Positions 31,034 to 43,941 of a stretch of DNA of 64,000 nucleotides are shown piece by piece (position 1 is the stretch's first letter; every line of letters starts with the position of its first letter). This DNA comes from Craspedostauros australis (Eukaryota). Below the pieces are notes generated by a model. That model worked only from the letters and a program-made list of their open reading frames with translations. It made no database searches and was not told the origin of the DNA. The stretch is taken from assembly GCA_030167865.1 (NCBI GenBank), contig JALAGF010000333.1, positions 1 through 64,000 on the forward strand, given 5' to 3'. The translations under genes and the position numbers were made by a program.

Positions 31034-33292
31034 TCATGGAAACAGCTCCGGATTTGCCTCCATCGCTTCAAGCAGGGCATCATCAGACAGGTCCGAGAGA
31101 GCATTCGTCTGCGGTGAAGGATAATCATCCAGATTCAATGCCAACAGAGCCTTCTCGAATTCCTCCTCTTGCCAGGCCTCGTACTCCTGCTGAATCTGTG
31201 TCAACGCATCTTGCGGTATGCTCAGCGGCACTCCGCGTCCCACGCATTCGCGATCATGACAGCCCTGCACGCAGGACCACGTCTTGAAATCGATCGTCCA
31301 GTAGATGTTGTTGCTCCTGTGCTCGCGGCCCACCATCTCGCAGTATCGATTGCGGCTGATCTGGTACATGATACCAACCGTCTTCTTGCTGTTGTCGTGA
31401 TCTTCTTGCAACGACCACGCACGGATGGATCCTCGCGTGCCGCCACGGCATGCCAACACATCCAGCACGTACCGATCCAATCTCGGGATCGGCGTGTTGA
31501 CCGTGTTGCGGATGTTGAACACGTGCTGTTTGCTTGCTTGCCGCGGCTGCGGGTGCGTTCCCATGAATTTGCGAATATTCTCCTCGCCTTGGGCGTCATC
31601 GTGCGGCACATCGTACAATTCCACCTTCTTGGTGTGGTACAATGGAATCACCAACGTGCGTTCCAGAGCTTTGGCATACGGTCTCCAGTCATTGGTCGCG
31701 ACGAAGTCTTGCATCGACATCACCGTCCCCTCCGCTTTCGTCTGCGATGACATAATGTCGATGCCAGGATATTCGTTCGTCTTGGATACGCGCAGTACGG
31801 CATCCTTCCCGAATTTGGAACTGCCCAGCACACGAAACAATCGATTGCGCGTGTACACGCCCAGATCCACAAAGCATGTGGGCTTGTTCTTGGTTTCGAC
31901 GAAGAGGTGCTTGCCAAGGTAGTTGGATTCCAATGTTTCAGTCGCCACCCCATCCGCCAAACGACCGATGAAACGTTTGACAAATCGTCCGACGGCGATG
32001 GCATCAGGGAACAGCTTGGGCAGATCCAGAATCCAATGACGCGACATCTTCTTGTCGGACGAGCTGTCGAGATCGATGAGAACGTCGCGGGGTTCCACCT
32101 TGAGTTGGAGGTGCTGTTCCAGTTCTCGGAAGAGTTCGTCCCGAAACTCTAGCAAGAGCCGTTCGTCATCAATGCCGGGATTGTGTGGCTTGGAATATTC
32201 CAAATCAAAGTACAATCGGCACGGTGTATTTTCATGAATCAATTCGTACAGATGCTTGTTGTAGGTTTTGCGCCAGTAGTGATCCATCATGCGACCGAAA
32301 TGGCCGGTGATGTACTTGCGTTTGCCGTTGGCCTTTTCGATGCTGAAGACTCGTGGGATCATGCTCCACAGTGGTTCCATAGGACCCTGATCGGATTTTG
32401 TGACCGTGCCATCATTAACATCATCAGCGCGAGTATCGGCGTCGCCATCTTTGTCATCGTCTTGCCGTTGCGTTCGATGTAGCTGATGCTTCTGCTGCAG
32501 CTCTTCTTCCTGCTGCTGCAGCGCCAAGAATTGTCGCCTGTACCGTTGCCGTTCGTTGTGCGATGCCGGCGATGCACCAGCCTGCATCATGGATCGTTTG
32601 TGGCTCGCGTCGTTGTCCAATTCGAAGTCGTTGCTGGATGAGGACATGCCGGAACAAGGCGAATCCGGATGATTGTGCGCGTTGGCGTCCGTGTTGCCCG
32701 TCACGAGCTCTTCGAGATGATCCAACGCCATGCTCTGCGTCGGCCAGACCTTGAGATCCGTGAGGTCGCGAAAGACCGAACGTTGGCAGCTCAAGCGGGC
32801 CAGATGCTGTCGTTTCTGTTCGATGAGCACGTTGGCCTCGATCCTCTGCGGCAGATCCTTGAGGACGTCCGGCACGTGTCGCGGCGTTGCCTTTTGGGAG
32901 CGATCGCGTTTGGTGTGACCGTAAAATGCCTTGGGCGATATGCCGTGCGATTTGGTGCTCATCGTTGGCGTGTGCTTGTTGGAAGCGCGTGGACGCGTGG
33001 AGTCGTCTTGTCTCCAATCATCGTCGTCGTCGTCGTCCGCATCGTCGTCTGTATCGTCATTGCCAGCGTCGCTATCTCTGTTGTTGGTGTTGTTGTTGAT
33101 GTTCCTGCTGTCCTGATGTTTGCGAGCGGCTGCATCATTGGTTGGTCTGCCTGCAGAGTTTGCCACGTTTGACACAGCTGTATTGGGAGACTGGTTCTTG
33201 CTCGTACAGCTCGTGGTAATCTGCTCGTCTGTTGACAGATGATGATGAGCTGGGGTGTTGGGCGTTGTCATGCCTTCCCTTGTCTCGATCAT
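31034..33292 (-). CDS. PRIMPOL: DNA primase-polymerase PrimPol
   Basis: AEP motifs CRLYFDLE, SRH, FVDLGVYTRNRLFR. Zn finger CEMVGREH..CHDREC. Acidic C-terminal LSDDALLEAM motif. Start uncertain. Confidence 0.92.
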   Translation of the reverse strand: MIETREGMTTPNTPAHHHLSTDEQITTSCTSKNQSPNTAVSNVANSAGRPTNDAAARKHQDSRNINNNTNNRDSDAGNDDTDDDADDDDDDDWRQDDSTRPRASNKHTPTMSTKSHGISPKAFYGHTKRDRSQKATPRHVPDVLKDLPQRIEANVLIEQKRQHLARLSCQRSVFRDLTDLKVWPTQSMALDHLEELVTGNTDANAHNHPDSPCSGMSSSSNDFELDNDASHKRSMMQAGASPASHNERQRYRRQFLALQQQEEELQQKHQLHRTQRQDDDKDGDADTRADDVNDGTVTKSDQGPMEPLWSMIPRVFSIEKANGKRKYITGHFGRMMDHYWRKTYNKHLYELIHENTPCRLYFDLEYSKPHNPGIDDERLLLEFRDELFRELEQHLQLKVEPRDVLIDLDSSSDKKMSRHWILDLPKLFPDAIAVGRFVKRFIGRLADGVATETLESNYLGKHLFVETKNKPTCFVDLGVYTRNRLFRVLGSSKFGKDAVLRVSKTNEYPGIDIMSSQTKAEGTVMSMQDFVATNDWRPYAKALERTLVIPLYHTKKVELYDVPHDDAQGEENIRKFMGTHPQPRQASKQHVFNIRNTVNTPIPRLDRYVLDVLACRGGTRGSIRAWSLQEDHDNSKKTVGIMYQISRNRYCEMVGREHRSNNIYWTIDFKTWSCVQGCHDRECVGRGVPLSIPQDALTQIQQEYEAWQEEEFEKALLALNLDDYPSPQTNALSDLSDDALLEAMEANPELFP

Positions 33293-34428
33293 CGTGAATT
33301 GCACACCGTCACCTGGCTACTCGTTGTCTCCTGCGGATTGCCTTGGCCTTGCGCTTGTTGATGTGGGGTGGAGAGGCCCAAATTGTGTTTTGTTGGAGTC
33401 GAGGTGCGCTCGTTTGTGTTGTTCGTCGTGCGTGACATGTCCATGACGCGGGAAACCTGGCGGGTGTAACAGCCCTGAGTTGCGTTGCCTCGTGCGTGCG
33501 TGTTTGCGTGCATTGGTTCTGTTGTTGTGGCGTGTCTGTTGCGGTGAGAATGCCGGCTGGCGCGTTTGAACTGTAACGGTTTCGAAATGAGGCACTTGAA
33601 ACAAGGAGTGTTGGTGAACAATTAGGATCATGCAGTCGTGGAGGCAGAACAGTTGTGTCAATGAGCCTCACATACGCGCACAGGCCAAAGGAGAGGCGTG
33701 TCAACTCGGTTTTGTCCCCAAACCAAATCCAAACAGCTACAAGAGAGGCCACAAGACAGCACACCACAGAACTCAAGGTTAGAAGAAGAGAAAGACGTGA
33801 AGTTGCAGGGCAGACGTATCCACGAGCCCGTTTTGCGGAACAACAACCGTCACCAAGAGAGGACAACGATCGAGGTGATGTTCCCAATCCAGCGAGGGCG
33901 GAATTGGGCGCCAATTCGAAAGAAGAAGAAGGTTTGGCAAGAAGGGAGAGTCGAAACAAAACAAAAAGAAGAAAACAGAGGCAGAACAAAAGAGGAAGCA
34001 AGAGAATAGAGAGAGAGATACTTGTAATACATATTATCTCTTATATTGTGTTAGTACTCCACACACTCGCAGAATCGCCGCAGAGACTGCCACCAACGTC
34101 CTTCAATACTCCACTGTGCAATCGTGCCACACCATCCGAGCACGTGTTCGTAGCTCGCTCAGTTGAAGCAACAGGATCGAAGTTCACAACTACCATAGGA
34201 GTACTCTCCAGACATCGCACCACCTCCATCTTGGTGGGAGATCCAGCGAAAAAGACAACGAGGCAGTCATCGCAATCCTCCCAGGCAGAATAGAATAACA
34301 CACTGGAGCCAACCAGAGCGGAGGACACCAAGCATACCTGCGAATAGGACTGCCAAACTCATGCGTACCAGCACTTCCAACAACAACAACACCATTAACA
34401 GCAGCACCATTAAAAACAACGATCATCG

Positions 34429-35851
34429 ATGGACATCTCACCCGTCACCGTGGAGCAATCACCCATTGCCCGGGTGCCATCCCCAACCGAGGCAGCTTCC
34501 GATCCCAACTCGCCATCGTCAGGCTTCGCGCAAAACGGAGGCGCTGCGAACAATGCAGCAGCTTCGTCCACGCGTCCTTCCACACATCTGCATGCGCCGG
34601 ACGCCACACCGCCCGTGCTGGATCCCAGCATGAGCACCATCGTCTCCATCACGCAAAGGCTGTTGGGACTGCGCGGCACGCCGCCGGGCACTCTCGTCAG
34701 TTTGACCGAAAACGAAATCAAGCTCATCTGCCACCGCGTGCGACCGATACTGCTGCAGCAACCCATGCTGCTGGAACTGGAGGCGCCCATCAAGATATGC
34801 GGCGACGTGCATGGCCAGTTCACCGATCTGTTGCGGCTCTTCGAGTACGGCGGCTTCCCACCCGGATCCAACTACCTATTCCTCGGCGACTACGTCGATC
34901 GCGGAAAGCAATCCATAGAGACCATCTGTCTCCTCATGGCCTACAAGATACAGTATCCCGAGAATTTCTTCATCCTGCGCGGCAATCACGAAAGCGCCGG
35001 CATCAATCGCATATACGGCTTTTACGATGAATGCAAACGACGTTACTCCATCAAACTGTGGAAATTGTTCAGCGACGTCTTCAACTGCATGCCCGTGTCG
35101 GCCGTCATTGAGGAGAAGATATTATGCATGCACGGTGGATTGAGTCCGCAACTCAAGGACGTGCAGCAGATCAAAACATTGCAACGTCCCTGTGATGTGC
35201 CGGAGATGGGATTGATGTGCGACCTGTTATGGAGCGATCCATCGCCCGATGTGACGGTACGTGTGTGAATGTGTGTGTGTGTGCCATTGGGCGAAGTGGG
35301 ACGGGGGATTGTATCGGCATTGATATTGGAGTGGGCAATGTCGTCACCACTCGAGTGTATTGGTTGTCACGCTCTTGGAGCATGATGATGATTGCAGCAA
35401 CGGATCGATGCTCTACTTTTGCTCGTGATGTCGTGATGCATTCACGACGTTGAAATCATCCAATCTGACTTCTCTCTGTTTCTGTCTCTCCTTCTATCTC
35501 TGATATGCTATGCTATGCCTGGCTTTCCAATCGAAACAGGGCTGGGGAGAAAATGATCGAGGCGTTTCCTACGTCTTCGGTGCCGACGTGGTGACTTCCT
35601 TTTTGGAATCGCAGAATCTGGATCTCATGGTGCGCGCGCATCAGGTCGTCGAAGATGGATATCAATTCTTTGCCGGCCGCCGTCTCGTCACTCTCTTCTC
35701 CGCGCCCAACTACTGCGGCGAATTCGACAATGCCGGTGGCATGATCTCCATCGATGAGAATCTCATGTGCTCATTCCGGATATTGAAGCCATCTGCCAAA
35801 TCTATTCGTCTGGCGCGGCAGACCGTGCATGGACGCAACGGGAAAGGATAA
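34429..35851 (+). CDS. PP1: Ser/Thr protein phosphatase PP1 catalytic subunit
   Basis: Exons 34429-35256 and 35540-35851. Motifs [39 protein letters not shown]. Confidence 0.95.
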
Positions 35852-36549
35852 ATGCTATCATGTCATCACTCTGCAATGTGACGACGTTTGCAATGGCGAA
35901 GAAGTGTGCATGCGTACCATGGCACCACTGCCAGACGAGTGCACTTTAATCAAACAACCACAGTTTTGGGAACATCGTCACAGTGAGATGCGTCTCCTGT
36001 CTGCTCTAGCGTATGCTGGGCATTATAGATAATGACTGCGTGGTTGGCTCCTGTCCGTTCTCGCTAGATGATCGATCATTCAACAACGTCGCTGGGCACT
36101 ACTATTCTCAACTTTGTCAGAGCACGACTCTCCGGCACCCACTGTGGAACAATTGTATTATGCGTACTATTATACCATACAAGCACACGAGTATGATGTC
36201 GTCAAGCTCAACGAACTACCAGTCACGAAGACGACGCGAGGAGAGATCAAGGCAGCGACACGTCCATTAATCTTCTGTCTACTCTAGTATCAAACCATGC
36301 TCATCCCAATACTCGAGAATGTACCATATTATCCTTCGACAATAGTTCAGTGGAGTCCCACAACTTCTTCAGACATCCAACGAATGCAACATGGATGCCA
36401 ACACGCATGCATGTTTGTGCTTTCTATACTGTAGTTTGTGGTGAGTGGATGTAATCCTCTGGGACATGTTTGTGCGTGCTATGGCGGTTGTGTTAGTACG
36501 TATATACTGTTGTGTGTTGTCATCGATCAATGTGTGACAAATAAGCCAA

Positions 36550-37591
36550 TTAATACTTCGGTGGCATGCCTCGGCCCATGCCTGGTGGCATACCTCTTCC
36601 CATACCACCTGGCGGAGGTGGAGGCGGCATCATACCAGGAGCTCCGATACCGTGAATTGGTGCTGCGCCCAAGCCCATTGGTGCGGCTTTGCCCGGTGGT
36701 GGTGGGAGGCTGGATCCACGTCCGCGCGCCATGGCTGGTGCGGCCTTGCCAACCGCGGACGATGATGGCGGTGGCGGACCTTCCACGGCCAAGCTCACAA
36801 TATTTTCACCGCGAAGCAACACCAATCCCAGCGTCCGCTTTTGTGTTCGTTCCTCCAGCAGTGCGGCGCCGCCCTTTCTCATTGTGCGGAATTCTTCGGC
36901 CTCGCTCAACACGAGATTGAGATGCTTGTCGAACGCCAGGAAGGTTCCGATGATAGTTCGGCCATCGTGCAGTGTGACCCTCAGTCTGTGTTCGACGTAT
37001 CGTAACAGTTTGCTTCCCTTTCCGCTCGGCTGTGCATTTAGTGTGTTTGTGCGTTTGTATGCATGTCGCGATCATCCATGTTGAGGTCCACCAATGAACG
37101 AATCATTCATTTGAATTCGATGCCGGTGCAAACATTCCCAGTTCGAAGTCGAAGGTTTGATCCGTCGTTGCATTGTAATGTGATATGTTTTGGTTCATCG
37201 TTACAGTAGCATCGTTGCATTTCCGCGTGATTTCCCCACCGATCATACCATGCACATTACACCCAGAGAGTCCATCGTTCATCGTTCATTACGTCAACAT
37301 AGCACCATGCCAATCAATCGGTGCGAGTAGGATTGCATCAGAGAGGTGGTATCGCGATAATAGTCAGGGCCAAACAAAGCAAAGCAGAGCAGCACATTGG
37401 GTGAGAAAGCGGTCATGCATCCCATGTGCATTGGACTTCAATCGATGCATCTCATTCCATCTCCTTGGTAGCTTTACTTTCCAACATGATGCCAAGAGCA
37501 AAAGCAAGCCATCCATCATCATCTTCAGCAGGCATGAAGTACGGCAACGAAGAGAGTAAATGTGCATCCTGACAACCACGGTACGTACCAT
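36550..37591 (-). CDS. SNRPB: snRNP core protein SmB/B'
   Basis: Exon 37029-36550 encodes PSGKGSKLLRYVEHRLRVTLHDGR..FDKHLNLVL..LGLVLLRGENIVS plus a GRG/Pro-rich tail. It follows a CAG acceptor. The predicted first coding exon is a lone ATG at 37591-37589 followed by GTACGT. Confidence 0.9.
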
Positions 37592-38497
37592 GACGTCGGT
37601 GTTGAATGTGTCGCGTTGCTTCTGATGTCTCGTCTCCTCTCTTTTCGATGTTGTTCTCTTTCTCCTTCGGTCTTGCTACCGATCTCACTCCCGTCGTTGA
37701 TGGTGCTGTTGCTCGGTGTGGGTGTCCTGTGTTTGTTGGTGTTGGCGTTGGTGTTGGTGATGGTAGTGGTGATGATGGCGATGTCCTGTCTGCCCAGTCG
37801 GCGTTCCTTTCTTGGTTGCTCGGTTGGATGCTTGCTTGGCTGGTTGATGTGTCTATCCAGGGTCGATTGTTGCGCCATTTTGATCGTCGAGGAAATTGGC
37901 ATTTCTTTCCACTCACGATCTTTTCCATTGGTTTGCGGCACCAGTCCGTCCATCTGTCCGCAGAGTGTGGTCGTAGGGATCGATTTGAATCACTCATTGT
38001 CATGACTGAACCCTGCCACATTTACGAATACGAAGATAGAAATGAGTTTCAAAATCACAAGAACGATTTGGCGTGACGAACAGAACCAAGATTGTTGCCT
38101 GGGAGAGCCCATCACACAGGAAGTACACAGGAGAAGAGCGAATTATGTGCTGGCGATGGACTCGCATGGTGCACTCGTATCTCGTACGAAACGTGCCTTA
38201 CCTTGTTCTTGCATTGGAAGGAAAGGAGAACAGAAATTCAGAAACTGTCTGTGTCTCGTTCCGTCGAGTGCACGCGTACATGCATCGAATTGGTGATCAT
38301 GATGAATCTGATCACATCTCGTTCGCGGTGTCGCGCCACACTTGTCGGCATGGTGGTAACCGGAGCCGGAAAGTTCTCAGATCTCCTATTCATTCTTCGC
38401 GTGTGTCTGTTACTCTCCCTCTTCCTCTCTCACGCTCTCGGACTTTCCTGACGCAGCGTCGCGTCTGGATCGGTCGTCGTGTCCAAGTTCTGTCTGG

Positions 38498-38524
38498 AGA
38501 GAGAGAGAGAGAGAGAGCGAGAGA
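38498..38524. repeat. (GA)n microsatellite
   Basis: Read directly; one interruption. Confidence 0.85.
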
Positions 38525-39200
38525 TGTTACTGTTCCTCCTTGCTGCTCTCGTTACTCTTGTTGCTCTTGTTTCTTGCGCTGAGATCTGGGCGGTGGTGTC
38601 TCGGGAGCTGTGCTTTCAGTGCTACCGCAGATGTGGTGTGACCAATCCCTGCTGCTATGATCAGAGTAGCATCAACAAAATAATTCACGATCAGAACGAA
38701 GGCCAACGATAACCGTCATCTGCCCTTGGCGCGGCTTGTGGGCCGGCTGACACAGTTTGAGTGCGTGACGTGTGAGCCACAAGCGTGTCCTGACGAATGG
38801 GAGCCTTCGGGAGGAGAAATGATCACTCTTGACACGCCACCATTCACATGCTGGTGCATGACCAACGCCAACTCCCCATGGACGACCTCGTGAGTTCGCA
38901 AGAGCAAAGATTCTGCCACGGATGTGCCCTTGTGAAAACAAACGTGGCGAGAATGACGTTCTGTTACCCCGCTCCTTTCGAGATTGTCGATGCCGCGAAG
39001 AGGAGAGAAGAAGTTGCTCCGTCTTGTGACGGTTGCGCTTCACATGCTTAAGCTCGCTTCCTGTGCCTCTCTGTTTTGTTCTAATACCTTTCGATGATGG
39101 ATGATTCTGACGTACCTCATCCGATTGCTTTCTCAGCTTCGTTGCTGGCATGGATGATGTCGCACCCGCATGATGTCGTCGCCAACGACTGCACAGAGGT

Positions 39201-39234
39201 CAAGGACAAGGACAAGGACAAGGACAAGGACAAG
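39201..39234. repeat. (CAAGGA)n hexanucleotide repeat
   Basis: 5-6 tandem units read directly. Confidence 0.9.
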
Positions 39235-41709
39235 AACGATGGGCGAAAGAGGGTTGTGTTTGAACAGTGATTTGGCGCGTCGAACAAGGGCATCCACAAT
39301 GCAATTACTGGACTCTCGCCGTCATCGCAGCACATCGGCTGTGCAGAACAGCGTCGCTAAATTAAGCTGTTGAAGAAACCGGATGCCAACTTGGATTTAT
39401 TGTGCGACGCACAAACTGCCAGGATGTCTTTGCAGAAGTCGGCCGCATGGGGTAACAAAATTGTGATAGAGTAGTTGTTAGAAAAGTACAAACATTATGG
39501 CGTAATCTGATTGCGTGGTTGGAACGGTACCATACGCAACCTGTTGGTGTGCAACCTCGATGCCGACACAACCGTCCCGTTCTCGTATGGGATAACCGTA
39601 TCAGATCCATGATGACATTCGAGCCGCAGATCTGCCTTCGAGTACTCTGCTCCAACCTGCGAGGACACCTATTCGATTCAACGCCTCTATTTTACTCTAC
39701 TCTACTTGTATGTCCACATGATAACACCGCACAAACCACTGCTGTTCTGGGGCAGAGTGGAGGGGATTCTGCTCGGCTTGACTCGACTCTTTGGCTTCTC
39801 GCCAACGAGATCCACATGTCAGCTCACTACTGATACTCCATAGACATTCATCGACAAGGTCACATACTTCCTGGATTGATCACGATTACAGCCCTTCTGG
39901 TATCGTTCGCTCAAGGGCTCCCCCATGACATCTCCGATTCCATCCATCCACACATATTGCACATCGACAGCGACTCGCACTCCCAACCAACTCCACTCTT
40001 ACTCCATTATTCTCAAGTGTCGCTCACGTTGGTGTGCTTGGAGTGTAGCAGATCTGCCCCCTTGTGGGCCTTCTTCAATAACGCATCCATGCTCATACCA
40101 GTATGGGCACTTGTCGTCCTTGCACGTTTCATGTCCAAGGGTGCTCTCTCTGGTGGTCGCCACGTGTGACCGCTTGACTGCCTGGTGACAGATGAGGACC
40201 GGCGGCCTCACCTCAACTTTCTCCTCCTATGATCAAAGCGGAGAAGGACTTGGTCTCCACAGAGTGCCCGCAGATTGGATGATGGGGTCGAGGTCGGAAG
40301 TGGAACTTGACGCTCTGCTACTCGCCAATACCAGGATACTTCCAAAGTGAAACTGAGACTGAACCAAGGAGGTCCCATCCGTGACCATCGACAGTCACTC
40401 GAAACGACACAACACAACACGACAACGTGCACATTGCTGGCATCGCACAGACATAGGTCGTACATCTTCCATCGGCCAGCTCCCCTCGTAGACATTTCGT
40501 ATCCCATCTGATCGTAATGTGCAGACCCCGCAATTCTCTTGCTCGTCTCTGACGAGAGTCGAGTGATGCGATTTGTGACTTTGGTCGATCCATCATAGCT
40601 CGTAGTAGTATTGGTATCCACACCATAGTCGTGCCAAACAACAATCCGAGCTCCACGTTGCGCCAAGCAACGTCAAGAATCGTCATCGTCAGATTCCGAA
40701 TACCGGTCCAGGGCTTCGTAAATGCATCTATTCCACGAATAGTAGCGCAATGAGATACCGCGCAGCTCCATGGGTTTGGTTTTGTGGTGGCGAATTGTTG
40801 TGGTACCACCCTAGGTCGTGCGCGTAGTGTTGGCACGGACATCACCACCAGTCCCTCGTTACCACGAACGAAGGTCAAAGCGGTTTGTCTGCGCATGCGC
40901 ACGCACTGACAAGTCCAGACACACAAAAAACGTGTTGCTTGCCTGCAATATATGTTAGTTTGTCGATGTCGATTGTGGGATTGAGCGAAGCCTCTCAGGC
41001 ACAAACAAGTTGGCGCCAAGGCAAAATACGATCAATCTCCGTCACTCCGTCATTGCCATAGGTACAAATGAGCTTATATCGTACCTATTGATCGGAGAAA
41101 TATGGTACATTTATGTGCGCGCGATCGCTATTGCCGATGTGTCATTAAGTGGTCTTCGCTGACGATGCGAACCAATGTGCCCTCTTCCTTCTCAGCCTTG
41201 GCAAGTTCTGCTTGCCGGCTTCGATCGCGAGTGTTCGGCGTCTCACCTGGAGACGAATTCTGTCGTGTGCCCCTCGGCGAAACCTGGACGGCGATGCGGA
41301 GCGGCAGGCAATAACGCAGCGAGGAGGAACCACAGATAATGCGTTGACAGCGTTGCCGCAACAACACCCCCTTGGTGTACTGACAAACATCACAGGGCAC
41401 AGCTCGATGTTCACAAGTCTCCAACCGTTACATCATTGAGCATATCATTTCTCGCGTCTCTACCAAAACCTGGAACAAGAACCAACACAGATCATCTCAC
41501 AAACTCAAAAGCAACTCGAAGTGCACCCTTGCGCAAGTCATAGCTCATCTTCACACTCGCGCCATACCACCAGCGACAGCCATCTCCCCATCGAACGTCA
41601 TCAATCGGACATCACGCACAACGGCTGCTCACAAAGTCCAATCAGCAATATCGCCATTTGCCATCACTCAATTGTCTCTGCTCCCGCGAACGGTCCTTCG
41701 GCCACGACT

Positions 41710-43941
41710 ATGATCGAGGTACAACGACATCTGGGCACACGCTTTCCATCAACATCATCATCAACAACATCAGCAGCAACAGGAGGAGGCACCGCAGGAA
41801 TGACGCAATCGCAGACAACAGGAGGAGCAGGAGCAGCTGGAGCGCCTGGTTCCAATCCCATGACGGCCATGGATGTGATGAACACGATTAACATGAATGT
41901 GAACATCGGCATGAATCCCATGAACTCGATGATGTCGGCATCCAACCCATCCTCGCTCAACATGGATGCCATGAATGCGATGAACGCGATGAACTCGAAC
42001 ACGGTCAATCCCATGAACACGATGAACGCGCTTGGCATGAACACCTTCAACGCGATGAACGCCATGAACATGGGAATGAACATGAACACGATGAACGCCA
42101 GCCTCGGCAACCCCATGGGCGCCATGAATGCAATGAACGCGATGAACGCTGTCAACATGGGCACGATCGGGGCATCGTCAGGAGCAGCAGGTGGCGGCGG
42201 AGGTCTGGGAAGCAACAACGGGTCCGTCAACATCGGCGCCATCGATCCTTCGTCGATGGCCATCGGCTCCAACCACATGATGTCCGTCGGCGATGCCACA
42301 TCCAAGGCCTCGGCCGGCGTCAACATGAACATGAATATGAACATGAACGCTGGTCTCGGCAACCCCATCTCGGCAGACATGCTGGCCTTGATGCAGGCCC
42401 AGGCCGATCTGGCCAAGATGCAATCAGCCATGCAGGCCAACGGCAACCAGATGTCCCTCTCCAAGTTCCCGAAGGACGCGACCTCCATCACGCTCGCGGA
42501 TCAGAATCAGCAGCACCATCAGCAGCTCGCGATGTCATCCATATCAACCACGAGCCCGCTCGCGCAGAACGGCGGACTGCCAGGCACAGCAGGATTGTCA
42601 GGCATCACGGGGCCCAACGGCAACGGGATGCTCTCATCGACGATGTCGCAGCTAGATCAATTCAATGGCTTTCCTCTCCAAGCGCCTCCTGGCACCTCCG
42701 CATTGAACAACGTCCCGTCGGCCGGCAACAGCGAGATCGACACCAACAGCAACGACACCGGCCACGGAAACAAGCGAAGCTTCCACGACATGTCGTTCTC
42801 ATCGGCCGGCGGCGCCAAACCACAGGTCTCGCTGCCATCCGAGCAGCCGTACCTGCAAACCGGCAACGGGAAGAAGCCGAAGAAGGGCAAGAAGCCATCG
42901 GACATGCCACGCAGAGCGCTCAGCGCCTACAACATCTTCTTCTCGGAGCAACGCGAGCTCATCCTCAAGGAGATCGACGCGAAGGAGAACGGCGGTGACA
43001 AGACCAAGTCCAAGTCTTCGTCCGCGTGCGATGCATCGCTCGGGTCCACGCCCACCACCGCCGACGACGAAGTTAGCAAGGACAAGAAGGCCGGCGACGA
43101 CAGCACCGATGGCAGCAGCGCCGCGGAACGACCCAGCGTCCTCAACCGCACCTTCTTCCCCAAGCGCACGAAGCGACCGCACCGCAAGGTGCACGGCAAG
43201 ATCGGACTCGTCGCCTTGGCGCGTACCGTCAGCAAGCGATGGAAGGAACTCGCCGACGACAAGCGCAAGTACTACCAGGACCTGGCCGCCGAAGACAAGA
43301 AGCGCCACAAGCAGGCCATGATCGACTACAAGGAACGCAAGGCCGCCCAGAACATGCTCGCCGCCAAGGCCGCGGAGACCGACGGCAACTCCTCCTCCGC
43401 CAGCAATGCCATGCTGCCGCTCGGTCCGCAGGGCGCATCGGTGTCGGACCTCGGCCTTTCCAATAACGGCGGTCCCGCAATGATCTCGAGCAACGGCATC
43501 CACAGCATGGCGCAGCAGCAGCAGCAGAATTCAAACGGCGCCAACCAAAGTTCGGCCATCGAGCAGCACCAGCAGCGGCTGCTGGCCGAGATGATGGGCA
43601 CACAATGGATGAACAACATGAGATCGACACCGGGCATCGCAGGCAGCAACAACAACGTCAACAACCAGCAAGATTTCCAATCCATGATCCAGCAGCAGCT
43701 CAATGCATTCGGCAACGGCGCAGCGGGACAAGCCGCGGGGCACAACCAGCAGCAACAGCAGCTCCAGTTTCAGGCGAATCAGTCGCAGAATGCGCTCCTG
43801 CTGGGCAACGGTGGCAACGGCCATGGTCTGTCCAATGCTGCCAACAACGGATTCAGCAACAACGGCAACGACAATGGCAACCACGTTGGATTCGGAGGCA
43901 TGTCGCAGAGATTCAACCCGTCATCATTCGGCACGTCCTAG
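41710..43941 (+). CDS. HMG-box protein with Met/Asn/Gln-rich low-complexity regions
   Basis: First ATG at 41710. Split HMG box MPRRALSAYNIFF..HGKIGLVALARTVSKRWKEL..YQDLAAEDKKRH. MNAMN repeats and poly-Q. Confidence 0.9.
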   Translation: MIEVQRHLGTRFPSTSSSTTSAATGGGTAGMTQSQTTGGAGAAGAPGSNPMTAMDVMNTINMNVNIGMNPMNSMMSASNPSSLNMDAMNAMNAMNSNTVNPMNTMNALGMNTFNAMNAMNMGMNMNTMNASLGNPMGAMNAMNAMNAVNMGTIGASSGAAGGGGGLGSNNGSVNIGAIDPSSMAIGSNHMMSVGDATSKASAGVNMNMNMNMNAGLGNPISADMLALMQAQADLAKMQSAMQANGNQMSLSKFPKDATSITLADQNQQHHQQLAMSSISTTSPLAQNGGLPGTAGLSGITGPNGNGMLSSTMSQLDQFNGFPLQAPPGTSALNNVPSAGNSEIDTNSNDTGHGNKRSFHDMSFSSAGGAKPQVSLPSEQPYLQTGNGKKPKKGKKPSDMPRRALSAYNIFFSEQRELILKEIDAKENGGDKTKSKSSSACDASLGSTPTTADDEVSKDKKAGDDSTDGSSAAERPSVLNRTFFPKRTKRPHRKVHGKIGLVALARTVSKRWKELADDKRKYYQDLAAEDKKRHKQAMIDYKERKAAQNMLAAKAAETDGNSSSASNAMLPLGPQGASVSDLGLSNNGGPAMISSNGIHSMAQQQQQNSNGANQSSAIEQHQQRLLAEMMGTQWMNNMRSTPGIAGSNNNVNNQQDFQSMIQQQLNAFGNGAAGQAAGHNQQQQQLQFQANQSQNALLLGNGGNGHGLSNAANNGFSNNGNDNGNHVGFGGMSQRFNPSSFGTS

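Noticed and set aside
37030-37588. Possible intronic snoRNA in the SmB intron
   Set aside because: No convincing paired C/D boxes with a terminal stem, and no H/ACA structure seen.
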